A stretch of DNA of 64,000 nt from an uncultured Candidatus Binatia bacterium (GTDB taxonomy: Bacteria; Desulfobacterota; Binatia; UBA9968; JAJDTQ01): NCBI GenBank assembly GCA_964291295.2, contig OZ219754.1, positions 363,393-427,392 on the forward strand, written 5' to 3'. Numbering within the stretch: position 1 is the stretch's first letter; each line of letters starts with the position of its first letter. The notes under the pieces are model-generated. The model saw only the letters and a list, made by a program, of their open reading frames with translations, had not been told where the DNA came from and ran no database searches. A program made the translations under genes and the position numbers. Positions 27,810-40,713 of the stretch are shown here, in pieces.

Positions 27810-29054
27810 CTACAGGCCGGCCGCCGGCTGGTATGCGGCGCTGGCGGATGCCGCGAATTCACCCGCGGGGAACTCGGGCTCGTCTCCCCAGGTCCTCAGT
27901 ATCTCGTAGCCGGTGGAGCGCTCGGCCGGGATGCGGCCGATCTGGCGGATCAGCGAGCGGAACTCGTGAGGCCAGATCATCTGCCCCTCGGTGGAGCCCG
28001 CCAGCCGCGAGATGCTCTCCTCCATCAACGTGCCGCCGAAATCGTTGGCGCCGGACCTGAGGCAGAGCTGGGACATGCGCCGGCCCATCTTCACCCAGGA
28101 GACCTGGACGTTGGGAATGGTATCGTTCAACAGCACGCGCGCCAGCGCGTGGACCCGGATGTCCTCCTCCTCGGTCGGGCCGGGCCGCGCCAGCCCCTGG
28201 GCGTAGAGTGCGGTGTTCTCGTGCACGAAACCCAGCGGCACGAACTCGGTGAAGCCGCCCGTCTCCTTCTGGATGTTCCGCAAGAGCAGCATGTGATCGA
28301 CCCAATGGCTGCCATTCTCCCGGTGACCGTACATCATGGTGGAGGTGGTGAAGATGCCCGCTTCATGGGCGGTGCGGATCACCCGGATCCACTGCTCGGT
28401 GCTGACCTTGTTCTTGGACAACACCATCCGCACCTCGTCGTCGAGGATTTCCGCGGCCGTGCCCGGCACGCTGTCGAGGCCGGCATCCCGCAACATCCGC
28501 AAATAGTCGCCCAGCGGCATGCCGGTGAGCTCCACCCCGTAGGTGATCTCCATGGGGGAGTAGGCGTGGATGTGGATTCCGGGAACGCGGGAGCGGATGG
28601 CCTGCAAAAGGTCACGGTAGTAGAATGGGGTCATGCCGCGCGGCAGCCCGCCCTGCATGCAGACCTCGGTGGCGCCCCGGTTCCAGGCCTCCTCCGCCTT
28701 GTCCGCCACCTCCGCCAGCGAGTTGTCCCAGCTTCCGGGCTTGTGGGGACCCGTGTGGAAGGCGCAGAACTTGCAGCCCACGTAGCAGACATTGGTGAAG
28801 TTGATGTTGCGGCATACGACGTAGGTGAGGCGGTCGCCCACCTTGGCCTGCCGCATCAGGTCGGCGGTGACCGCGAGGGCGGCGAGTTCGTCGCCGCTCA
28901 CCTCCGACAGCGCCAGCCCTTCCTCCCGCGTGACCTCGCGGCCCGCAAGCGCCCCCTCCAGGATTCGTGCGACCCGAGCCTCGATGCGGGGCAACAGCCC
29001 GTTCAGCCGTCGTGCCCCGTCGTCATGCTCGAACATCGCTTCGATGTGGCTCAT
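27810..29054 (-). CDS. cofH: FO synthase subunit 2 (radical SAM)
   Basis: Radical-SAM cluster motif CYVGCKFCAF in a CofH-like context. Confidence 0.85.
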   Translation of the reverse strand: MSHIEAMFEHDDGARRLNGLLPRIEARVARILEGALAGREVTREEGLALSEVSGDELAALAVTADLMRQAKVGDRLTYVVCRNINFTNVCYVGCKFCAFHTGPHKPGSWDNSLAEVADKAEEAWNRGATEVCMQGGLPRGMTPFYYRDLLQAIRSRVPGIHIHAYSPMEITYGVELTGMPLGDYLRMLRDAGLDSVPGTAAEILDDEVRMVLSKNKVSTEQWIRVIRTAHEAGIFTTSTMMYGHRENGSHWVDHMLLLRNIQKETGGFTEFVPLGFVHENTALYAQGLARPGPTEEEDIRVHALARVLLNDTIPNVQVSWVKMGRRMSQLCLRSGANDFGGTLMEESISRLAGSTEGQMIWPHEFRSLIRQIGRIPAERSTGYEILRTWGDEPEFPAGEFAASASAAYQPAAGL

Positions 29055-30261
29055 GATCTCCTCCAGCGGCGGCGAGGCCGTCCTCGCCGCACAACCGCTC
29101 CACGTAGGGAATCAACTCGGGCGCGATGAACCGCTCCGCCCGGGCGATGTATTCCGGATAGACCGGGAGCCGGGGCCGCAGCGTGAAACCCGCGCTCGCG
29201 GTACGCTCCTCCAGCTCCACCCGTTCGGGCCAGGGTGCCTCCGGGTTGATGAAGTCGCAGGTCGCCGGCGACACCCCGCCCCAGTCGTTGATACCCGCGT
29301 CGAGATATCGCTCATAGGATTCCGGCGTGAGATTGGGCGGCGCCTGGATGTTCATGTCGCCCCCCAGGATCAACCGCGCCAAGGCAATGGTCCGGGCCTC
29401 CTCGTCATAGTCGGCGTCGGGGTGCCCGCGCATGGGGATCCCGGGCTTCACGCGGAAGTTCTGCACGATCACTTCCTGGATGTGGCCGTGGCGGCGATGC
29501 AGTTCGCCCACCGCGTAAAGCGACGCGATGCGCTCCTCCCGGGTCTCGCCAATGCCGATGAGGATCCCGGTGGTGAAGGGAATGCGCAACCGGCCCGCCT
29601 CCGCCAGCGTCCGGATCCGCGCCGACGGCTTCTTGTCGGGCGCGCCGGCGTGGGGGCCGCCGGGTTCCATGAGGCGCTCGCTGACATTTTCCAGCATCAG
29701 CCCCATGCTCACGTTGACCCGCCTCAGCCGCTCCAGGTCGGTCCGCGCCATGAGCCCGGGATTGGCGTGGGGCAGCAATCCGGTCTGCTCCAGCACCGCT
29801 CTGCAGGCGTCGTACAGATATTCCAGCGTTCTGCGGTAGCGCCGCCGCCTCAGGAACTCCCGCATCTCCGGGTAGATGGCCTCCGGCTTGTCTCCCAGGC
29901 TGAACAGCGCCTCGGTGCAGCCCATGTTCCCGGCCCGCCGCGCCATCTCCAGCACCTCGTCCAGGGACAGGGTCCGGGCGCCCTCCTCTCCGGGAGCCTT
30001 GCGGAACGTGCAGTAGCCGCAAAAGTCGCGGCAGAGATTGGTCAGCGGTATGAAGACCTTGGGGGAAAAGGTGACGGTCCGGCCCTTGTGGCGGTCGCGC
30101 AACTCGGCCGCCGTTCGGAGCAGCGCCGTGAATTCGTCTCCCTCGACACCGGCCAGCAGCAGGGCGTCTTGCGACGCCAAGGCCCCGCCGTCCAGACACT
30201 CCCGCAGCAGTCGTGGGATCCGGCGCGTTGTCATTGGCCAAACGCTCAAGTGGGTTTCCAT
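29023..30261 (-). CDS. cofG: FO synthase subunit 1 (radical SAM)
   Basis: Radical-SAM motif CRDFCGYCTF in a CofG-like context. It overlaps the cofH start. Confidence 0.85.
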   Translation of the reverse strand: METHLSVWPMTTRRIPRLLRECLDGGALASQDALLLAGVEGDEFTALLRTAAELRDRHKGRTVTFSPKVFIPLTNLCRDFCGYCTFRKAPGEEGARTLSLDEVLEMARRAGNMGCTEALFSLGDKPEAIYPEMREFLRRRRYRRTLEYLYDACRAVLEQTGLLPHANPGLMARTDLERLRRVNVSMGLMLENVSERLMEPGGPHAGAPDKKPSARIRTLAEAGRLRIPFTTGILIGIGETREERIASLYAVGELHRRHGHIQEVIVQNFRVKPGIPMRGHPDADYDEEARTIALARLILGGDMNIQAPPNLTPESYERYLDAGINDWGGVSPATCDFINPEAPWPERVELEERTASAGFTLRPRLPVYPEYIARAERFIAPELIPYVERLCGEDGLAAAGGDHEPHRSDVRA

Positions 30262-30654
30262 AACGGATAAGGATGTTCAGGTCAACTGACCCCGGGGCCG
30301 GCCGCCGGCCATGGAACCGGCTTGCATTTTCGCGGCGGATGGAGGAAATTCCTGTCGAAAGTCAACGCCGTCTCTGCGCCGTCATCCGGTGTCGCGGAGA
30401 CAAGGAGCGCATCCATGTCCGCATCCATGTCAGACGACCCTCACGACCCCCACGACGACGGCAACCCGCCGCCGCCCATGCCCAAGTCTCCCATCGTCCT
30501 GTTCCACCTCCTCGAATTCCCTGTTGCTCCACCGGCACCCCTGTGCCTCTAGACCGGACCGAGCGTCCACGGGAATTTCCCGCACCCGGACAACCCGGGA
30601 CGGAATGCTCCCGTGCCGCCTTGCGTCCCGGCATTCCGGAGCGGAGATCGATTC

Positions 30655-31977
30655 ATGCTTGACAACATCTGGTTGGGTGCAACCGTCATCTTTCTGTTGA
30701 TCCTCGCCAACGGCTTTTTCGCCGCCGCGGAGATCGCCGTGATCGCCACCCGCGGAACGCGCACGGACCCGGCCGGCCGCCGGGGCGCCCGCTCCACCGC
30801 GGCCCTGGCCCGGCTCAAGAACGAGCCGGATCGGTTTCTGGCCACGGTCCAGATCGGCATCACCTTCGTCGGCACCCTGGCCTCCGCCATCGGCGGCGCC
30901 GGCGCCACCCAGCTCCTCAAGCCGCACCTCCAGTCGCTGCCGATCCCTTACGCCGAGACCTGGGGCAACTACGCGGCCATCCTCATCGCCGTCCTGCCCA
31001 TCGTCTACCTGAGCCTGGTGCTGGGGGAACTCGTGCCCAAGTCTCTGGCACTGCGCTATTCCGAACGCATCGCGTTCTTCGTGGCGCTTCCCATCGACAC
31101 CATCTCCAGGAGCACGTCCTTCCTGGTGACGATCCTGACCCGCTCCAGCAACACGGTGCTTCGGCTCTTCGGCGGCAAGGAAACCGGCACCGCCAGCTTC
31201 GTCTCCGAGGAGGAAGTCAAGGCGCTGATCCGCGAAGGTACCGCCAAGGGGATCTTCGACGAGACCGAGAAGGAGCTGATCCACAGCGTCTTCGACTTCG
31301 TGGACACGCCGGTGAGGGCGGTGATGGTCCCCCGCACCGAGATTCACGCCATCGACATCCGGACGGAGCCGGCCGACATCCTGCTGAACTTCGTCGACAG
31401 CGGCTTCTCCCGCCTGCCGGTGTACGAAAACGACCTGGATCAGATCATGGGCATCGTCTACAACAAGGACATCCTCCGTGCGATGCAGGCCAACGAGCCC
31501 ATCGACTTGCCCGGCATGATGCATCCGCCCTTCTTCGTGCCCAGCTCGCTGCCCATCAGCCAGCTTCTGAAGGATCTGCAGCGGCGCCGCATGGCGCTGG
31601 CCATGGTGGTGAACGAGTACGGCGAAGTGGAAGGGCTGGCGACCCTGGAGGACATCATCGAGGAGATCGTCGGCGAGATCCGCGACGAGTACGACGCCGA
31701 GGAGCGGGGACCGGTGGAACGGCTGCCCGACGGCTCACTGGTGGTGTCGGGCTCGGCCCTGCTGAAGGACCTCCAGTCGGACTACGAACTGCCCTTCGAG
31801 GAATCGGTGGACTACCATACGCTGGCGGGGTTCGTGCTGGCCAAGCTGAAGCGGATTCCCCGGGGCGGCGAGAAGATCGAGACCGACGGCCACCGGCTCA
31901 CCATCGTCGATGTGGAGGGACGGAGGATCGTCAAGATCCGGGTGGAGGAGAACCAGCGCCTCAACGCCGCCGTGTAG
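30655..31977 (+). CDS. Hemolysin/CNNM-family protein (DUF21-CBS pair-CorC_HlyC)
   Basis: N-terminal TM region with ANGFFAAAEIAV, CBS-pair region, and C-terminal ...TLAGFVLAKLKRIPRGGEKIE... Confidence 0.8.
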   Translation: MLDNIWLGATVIFLLILANGFFAAAEIAVIATRGTRTDPAGRRGARSTAALARLKNEPDRFLATVQIGITFVGTLASAIGGAGATQLLKPHLQSLPIPYAETWGNYAAILIAVLPIVYLSLVLGELVPKSLALRYSERIAFFVALPIDTISRSTSFLVTILTRSSNTVLRLFGGKETGTASFVSEEEVKALIREGTAKGIFDETEKELIHSVFDFVDTPVRAVMVPRTEIHAIDIRTEPADILLNFVDSGFSRLPVYENDLDQIMGIVYNKDILRAMQANEPIDLPGMMHPPFFVPSSLPISQLLKDLQRRRMALAMVVNEYGEVEGLATLEDIIEEIVGEIRDEYDAEERGPVERLPDGSLVVSGSALLKDLQSDYELPFEESVDYHTLAGFVLAKLKRIPRGGEKIETDGHRLTIVDVEGRRIVKIRVEENQRLNAAV

Positions 31978-31980
31978 CAC

Positions 31981-33090
31981 TCATGCGGGGGCGGCGCCCC
32001 CGGCCGGCCGCTGGCACCCCTTGCCGACCGGTGCGCCGATCCGCAGCAGCGCTTCCGTTTCCCTGAGCAGCGCCTGGATCTCCCGGGGCCTTCCCACGGT
32101 CACCCGGATCATGTTCCGCAGTTCGGGGCGGTCGAAGAAGCGCACCAGAATCCCCCGGTCGCCGAGCCCCTCGTACAGCCACCGGATGCTGTCGCTCCCC
32201 AGCTTCGCCATCGCGAAGTTCGCCTGGGAGGCGTGCACCTCGAATCCCAACCTGCGCAGGCCGCGGATCAGCGTCTTGCGTGTCCGCTGAATCCGCCCGA
32301 CGTTCCGGCGCATCCACTCCACGTCCTCCAGCGCCGCCGCCGCCGCCGCCAGACTCAGCCGGCAGAGATTGTAGGAGTCCTTGACCTTGAGCAGGTTGCG
32401 CACGATCGCTTCGCTCCCGAACGCCAGCCCCACGCGCATGCCGGCCAGCGAGAAGGCCTTGGAAAAGGTGCGCAGCACCACCAGATTCGGAAAACGGCTG
32501 ATCAGCGCGATGGCGGTTTCGTCACTGTCCGCGAAGTCGATGTAGGCCTCGTCCACGATCAGGAGGCCGGCCACCGAGCGGGCCAGGCGGGCGATCTCGC
32601 TCACCGGCGCCAGGGTGCCCGAAGGGGCGTTGGGGTTGCACAGGATGGTCACCTTGCTGGACTGGGAATAGAGCGGCGCCGGTATGGCGAAATCATCCGG
32701 ATAGGGAATCTTGAGGCTCCGTCCGTCCTGTATGGCGATCAGCGTTTCATAGAGGCTGTAGGTGGGGGCCGGGTAGGCCACGCAGTCTTCCCCGCCCACG
32801 TAGCAGCGCATCAGGATGGACAGCAGTTCGTCCGAACCGTTGCCCGCCATGACGTTGGCCGGCCGAACATTGTAGAGGGCGGCGGCGCGCTGGCGCAATT
32901 CCCGCGCCGCGGGATCGGGGTAAAGGCGCAACGATGCGTTGAGTTCCCGGCGCACCGCAGCCAGGACTCTGGGGGACGGCGGATAAGGGTTCTCGTTGGT
33001 GTTGAGCTTGATGACGCCGGTCTGCCGGGGCTGCGCTCCAGGTGTGTAACCTTCCAGATCTTCGATGTTTTTTCTGAGGAGGGACTGCAT
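31981..33090 (-). CDS. hisC: Histidinol-phosphate aminotransferase
   Basis: LNTNENPYPPSP motif and PLP-lysine context FSKAFSLAGMRVG. Confidence 0.85.
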   Translation of the reverse strand: MQSLLRKNIEDLEGYTPGAQPRQTGVIKLNTNENPYPPSPRVLAAVRRELNASLRLYPDPAARELRQRAAALYNVRPANVMAGNGSDELLSILMRCYVGGEDCVAYPAPTYSLYETLIAIQDGRSLKIPYPDDFAIPAPLYSQSSKVTILCNPNAPSGTLAPVSEIARLARSVAGLLIVDEAYIDFADSDETAIALISRFPNLVVLRTFSKAFSLAGMRVGLAFGSEAIVRNLLKVKDSYNLCRLSLAAAAAALEDVEWMRRNVGRIQRTRKTLIRGLRRLGFEVHASQANFAMAKLGSDSIRWLYEGLGDRGILVRFFDRPELRNMIRVTVGRPREIQALLRETEALLRIGAPVGKGCQRPAGGAAPA

Positions 33091-33213
33091 CCGGCGATTC
33101 TAGCCAGCCGTCGCCGCCATTGCAAACGACACGCCGTCCCGGCCTTCGCCGGAACCATGGAGAGACGCCGGAGAGACGCCGGGAGGACGGTTGAGGGCAA
33201 CCCGTGCGGCCGC

Positions 33214-35838
<2,625 letters not shown>

Positions 35839-35905
35839 GAGATTCCTCCGGTGTCCCCCCGGTGTCCTTCGGTGTACCGGCCCCGCGGCACCGAACCCTT
35901 GTGAA

Positions 35906-35933
35906 AATCTAGGTACGGATTCGGCAAAGTCAA
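35906..35933 (-). promoter_or_regulatory. Putative clpB promoter (TTGACT-N16-TAGATT)
   Basis: Read on the minus strand, about 70 nt upstream of the clpB ATG. It also loosely resembles a sigma-32 promoter. Confidence 0.35.
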
Positions 35934-36074
35934 CGCGACCGGCACCCTGCCGGCCCTCCGGAACCAACGGCTGCGGCACACCCGGGACTTGACCCGGGCG
36001 GCCGCGGTTTCCTGGTTCGGCCGCACCATTTCTGCTATCTATCCAGCTATCCGCCCGATTACCCGATCGGATCC

Positions 36075-37232
<1,158 letters not shown>

Positions 37233-37238
37233 CACGTC

Positions 37239-37274
37239 CGCCAAGGGGGCAGGGAACGCCAAGGGGGCAAGGAA
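37239..37274. repeat. 18-bp tandem repeat x2 (cgccaagggggcaRggaa) in the bioF-bioA spacer
   Basis: Read directly from the sequence, 17/18 identity. A third partial unit (cgcc) follows. Confidence 0.7.
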
Positions 37275-37308
37275 CGCCCGCCGGGGGATAACCGAACATC
37301 GCCGGACC

Positions 37309-38673
37309 ATGAGCACACACAACCGATACGGCACGCTGAAACGCCTGGACCACACCCACCTGTGGCATCCTTTCACCCAGATGCGGGAATGGATGGGAGA
37401 AGACCCCTGCATCATCGCCGAGGGCGAGGGCAGCTACCTCATCGACGTCGACGGCAACCGCTACCTTGACGGGGTCTCCTCGCTATGGTGCAACCTCTTC
37501 GGCCACCGCCGCCCGGAGCTGGACCATGCCCTCAAGGCCCAGACCGACCGCATCGCGCACTCCACCTTTCTGGGGCTGAGCCACATACCGGGCATCGAAC
37601 TGGCCGCCCGGCTTGCGGCCCTGGTGCCGCGGGGCCTCACACGCGTTTTCTATTCGGACAGCGGTGCCACCGCCGTGGAGGTGGCGCTCAAGCTGGCGGT
37701 CCAGTACGGGCAGCTGCGCGGCCGCACCGGCAGGAATCTGTTCGCGCGGCTGGAGGAGTCCTATCACGGGGACACCGTGGGAGCCATGAGCGTGGGCTAC
37801 AGCGACCTGTTCCACCATTTCCACCGCGCCCTGCTGTTTCCCTCCCTGGCGGTGAAGCCTCCCTACGCCTACCAGCGCGAGCAGGGGCTGAGCGAGACCG
37901 AGGCACTGGCGCGTTCCGTGGCGGCGGCCCGCGACGTGGTCGGCCACAACAAGGACCGTCTGGCCGCGTTCATCATGGAACCCGTCATGCAGGGGGCGGC
38001 GGGCATGTGGCCCCAGCCCGCCGGTTACGTCAGGGCGATCCGGAACCTCTGCCGGGACAACGACATCCTGTTCATCGCCGACGAGGTGGCCACCGGCTTC
38101 GGCCATACCGGGCGGATGTGGGCGTGCGAGCACGACGGCGTCAGCCCCGACCTCATGTGCGTCGGCAAGGGCATCACCGGCGGTTACCTGCCATTGGCCG
38201 CGACCTTCGCCACCGAGGAGATATTTTCGGCCTTTCTCGGCGACTACGGGGAGTTCCGGAGCTTCTTCCACGGTCACACCTACACCGGCAACCCGCTGGG
38301 CTGCGCGGTGGCGCTGGCGGGACTCGACATCTTCGAGCGGGACGCGCTGATGGAGAAGGTGCCGCTCAAGACCGCCTGGCTGGAGGAACGGCTCCGGAAG
38401 GAGATCCTCACCCTGCCCCACGTGGCCGAGATACGCCAGCGCGGCTTCATGGTGGGCATGGAACTGGTGGAGGACAAGGCGAGCGGCCGGCGCTACGACC
38501 CGGGCGCGCGGGTCGCCAACCAGGTGGTGCTGGAAGCCCGGCACCGGGGCGTCATCGTGCGTCCGCTGGGAGACACGCTCATCGTGCTGCCGCCCCTCAC
38601 CATCAGCGACAGCGAACTGGAGACCCTGGTGGACACGGTCCGGGACTCCATCCGCCAAGTCACGGGGACCTGA
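37309..38673 (+). CDS. bioA: Adenosylmethionine-8-amino-7-oxononanoate aminotransferase
   Basis: HLWHPFTQM, DEVATGFGHTGRMWA and CVGKGITGGYLP motifs. Confidence 0.9.
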   Translation: MSTHNRYGTLKRLDHTHLWHPFTQMREWMGEDPCIIAEGEGSYLIDVDGNRYLDGVSSLWCNLFGHRRPELDHALKAQTDRIAHSTFLGLSHIPGIELAARLAALVPRGLTRVFYSDSGATAVEVALKLAVQYGQLRGRTGRNLFARLEESYHGDTVGAMSVGYSDLFHHFHRALLFPSLAVKPPYAYQREQGLSETEALARSVAAARDVVGHNKDRLAAFIMEPVMQGAAGMWPQPAGYVRAIRNLCRDNDILFIADEVATGFGHTGRMWACEHDGVSPDLMCVGKGITGGYLPLAATFATEEIFSAFLGDYGEFRSFFHGHTYTGNPLGCAVALAGLDIFERDALMEKVPLKTAWLEERLRKEILTLPHVAEIRQRGFMVGMELVEDKASGRRYDPGARVANQVVLEARHRGVIVRPLGDTLIVLPPLTISDSELETLVDTVRDSIRQVTGT

Positions 38674-39503
38674 TGAGCCGAGGCTTCTTCATCACCGGCA
38701 CCGACACCGGCGTGGGCAAGACCCTGGTGGCCTGCGGCCTTGCCGCCGCATTCAGGGACGCCGGATTCAAGGTGGGGGTGATGAAGCCGGCGGAGTCCGG
38801 ATGCCACAACGAGCACGGGCGCATGGTGCCCCGGGACGCGCACCTGCTCAAGGCCGCGGCCGGCAGCGACCAGCCCATCGAGCGCATCTGTCCTTACCGG
38901 CTGGGCCTCCCCGCGGCCCCCAGCGTTGCCGCGGCCCACGCCGCCACCCGGATCCGGCCGGACTTCCTGGTGCGGCTGTACCGCGACATGGACGCCGTCC
39001 ACGACCTGATGCTGGTGGAAGGCGCCGGCGGCCTGCTGGTGCCGCTGCACTCCAGCTACACCTTCGCGGACCTGGCCCGGGAACTGGAGCTCCCGGTGCT
39101 GGTGGTGGTGGGCAACCGGCTCGGCGCCATCAACCAGGCCCTCCTGACCTTCGAACACGCCGCCTGCCTCAATCTGAAGGTGTACGGCTATTTCCTGAAC
39201 GATATCGAGGAGGGAGAAACGCCCGCTACGTCCACCAACGCGGCGACACTCCAGGAAATGACCCGAGTTCCGTGCGCCGGCAGGATCCCGTTCCTGCAAC
39301 CGCAGGGCTCGGGCGCACCGCCGGAGACGCGCTCCGACCTGGGCCGCCTGTTCCAGCGCCACACCCGGCTCGACCACCTGAAACAGTCCATTGAGTCGGC
39401 GGGCGTTCCCGTGGAGCGAGGTTCCGTGGAGCGGGAGCGGCCCGCCCGCGCCGCGGCGAAGCCCCGCCGCGATTCCGGCATGGCTATCCCGCGGCGCCGA
39501 TGA
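38673..39503 (+). CDS. bioD: Dethiobiotin synthase
   Basis: FFITGTDTGVGKT P-loop. The ATG overlaps the bioA TGA. The C-terminus is longer than usual (276 aa) and the 3' end overlaps the larC 3' end by 20 nt. Confidence 0.85.
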   Translation: MSRGFFITGTDTGVGKTLVACGLAAAFRDAGFKVGVMKPAESGCHNEHGRMVPRDAHLLKAAAGSDQPIERICPYRLGLPAAPSVAAAHAATRIRPDFLVRLYRDMDAVHDLMLVEGAGGLLVPLHSSYTFADLARELELPVLVVVGNRLGAINQALLTFEHAACLNLKVYGYFLNDIEEGETPATSTNAATLQEMTRVPCAGRIPFLQPQGSGAPPETRSDLGRLFQRHTRLDHLKQSIESAGVPVERGSVERERPARAAAKPRRDSGMAIPRRR

Positions 39504-40656
39504 AGCAGCGGGTCACCTCGTCGTACACCGCCTTCAACGGCACCTTCTTCGACACCGCCACCTTTCGCGCCTCGTCGTACTCCGGAGTGGCCCTGTGCCC
39601 GCCCCCGGGCTCCTCCGCCACCTTGACCGTGAGGGTGCCGAACCGCGTCTTCAGCCTCAGCGTCCTGCGCGCCAACACCAGCCGCTCCACCATGTAGCAA
39701 CGCACCCCCAAGGTGGAAGTCTCCCGGAGCACGACTTCGGCCAGCGCGTCCCGGAGTTCCGGTGCGGCGACGATGCGCAACAGCGTACCGGGCCGGTTCT
39801 TCTTCATCTGCACCGGCGAAAGCGCCACGTCCCGGGCGCCGGCGGCGAACAGACGTTCCAGCACGTAGTCGTAGATCTCCGGGTTCATGTCGTCGATGTG
39901 GGTCTCCATCACCAGCATGCGGTCGCGGCCCAGGGCGGGCGCGCCCTCGCCCAGCACGATCCGCAGGAGATTGGGCCGGTCCGGGAACTCCAGCGTGCCC
40001 GCCCCGTAGCCCGCGCCCTTGATGCGCATGGCCGGGACCTCTCCCTTCCGCGTGACCAGCGCCGAGAGGATCGCCGCGCCAGTGGGGGTGACGTTCTCCG
40101 CTTCGAGCCCCGCGTCCTCCACCGGGAACCCCTTGAGCAGTTCCAGGGTTGCCGGTGCCGGCACCGGCAGCACCCCGTGCAGCGAGCGGGTCAGGCCCCG
40201 GCCCAGCGGCACCACCGAACAGGCAAAAACGTCGATGGCCAGATGACAGGTGGCGATGGCCGCCGCCACGATGTCCACGATGGAGTCCACCGCCCCCACT
40301 TCGTGGAAGCGAACCTCCTCCGGCGGGATCCCGTGGACCCTGCCCTCGGCATCGGCCAGCCTGGAAAAAATTTCGATCGAACGCGCCTTCACCTCCGCGG
40401 TCAGCCCGCTCTCCTCGATCAGCCGTCGAATCCCGCTCCAACTCCGACTTGGCCGCTCCTTGCCCGCGATGACCTGGAACCGGACCGCTCGAATCCCGCT
40501 GGCGGTCTTGCTCCCCGCCCGGAGCCGGAAGTCAACGCCCGAAAGCTTGCCCAACTCCTCCCGGAGCCGCTTGCGCGGCAACCCCAGGTCCAGCAGCGCA
40601 GCCACCGTCATGTCACCGCTGATACCGGAGATGAGATCGAAGTAGGCGATCCTCAT
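39484..40656 (-). CDS. larC: LarC-family nickel insertion protein (DUF111)
   Basis: MRIAYFDLISGISGDMTVAALLDLG is a canonical LarC/DUF111 N-terminus. Confidence 0.8.
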   Translation of the reverse strand: MRIAYFDLISGISGDMTVAALLDLGLPRKRLREELGKLSGVDFRLRAGSKTASGIRAVRFQVIAGKERPSRSWSGIRRLIEESGLTAEVKARSIEIFSRLADAEGRVHGIPPEEVRFHEVGAVDSIVDIVAAAIATCHLAIDVFACSVVPLGRGLTRSLHGVLPVPAPATLELLKGFPVEDAGLEAENVTPTGAAILSALVTRKGEVPAMRIKGAGYGAGTLEFPDRPNLLRIVLGEGAPALGRDRMLVMETHIDDMNPEIYDYVLERLFAAGARDVALSPVQMKKNRPGTLLRIVAAPELRDALAEVVLRETSTLGVRCYMVERLVLARRTLRLKTRFGTLTVKVAEEPGGGHRATPEYDEARKVAVSKKVPLKAVYDEVTRCFIGAAG

Positions 40657-40713
40657 GTGCGGGGGCCTGAAGCTGCGGGCAAGGCGTGGTCCTCTCGCCG
40701 GCGGTTCCTTCGG

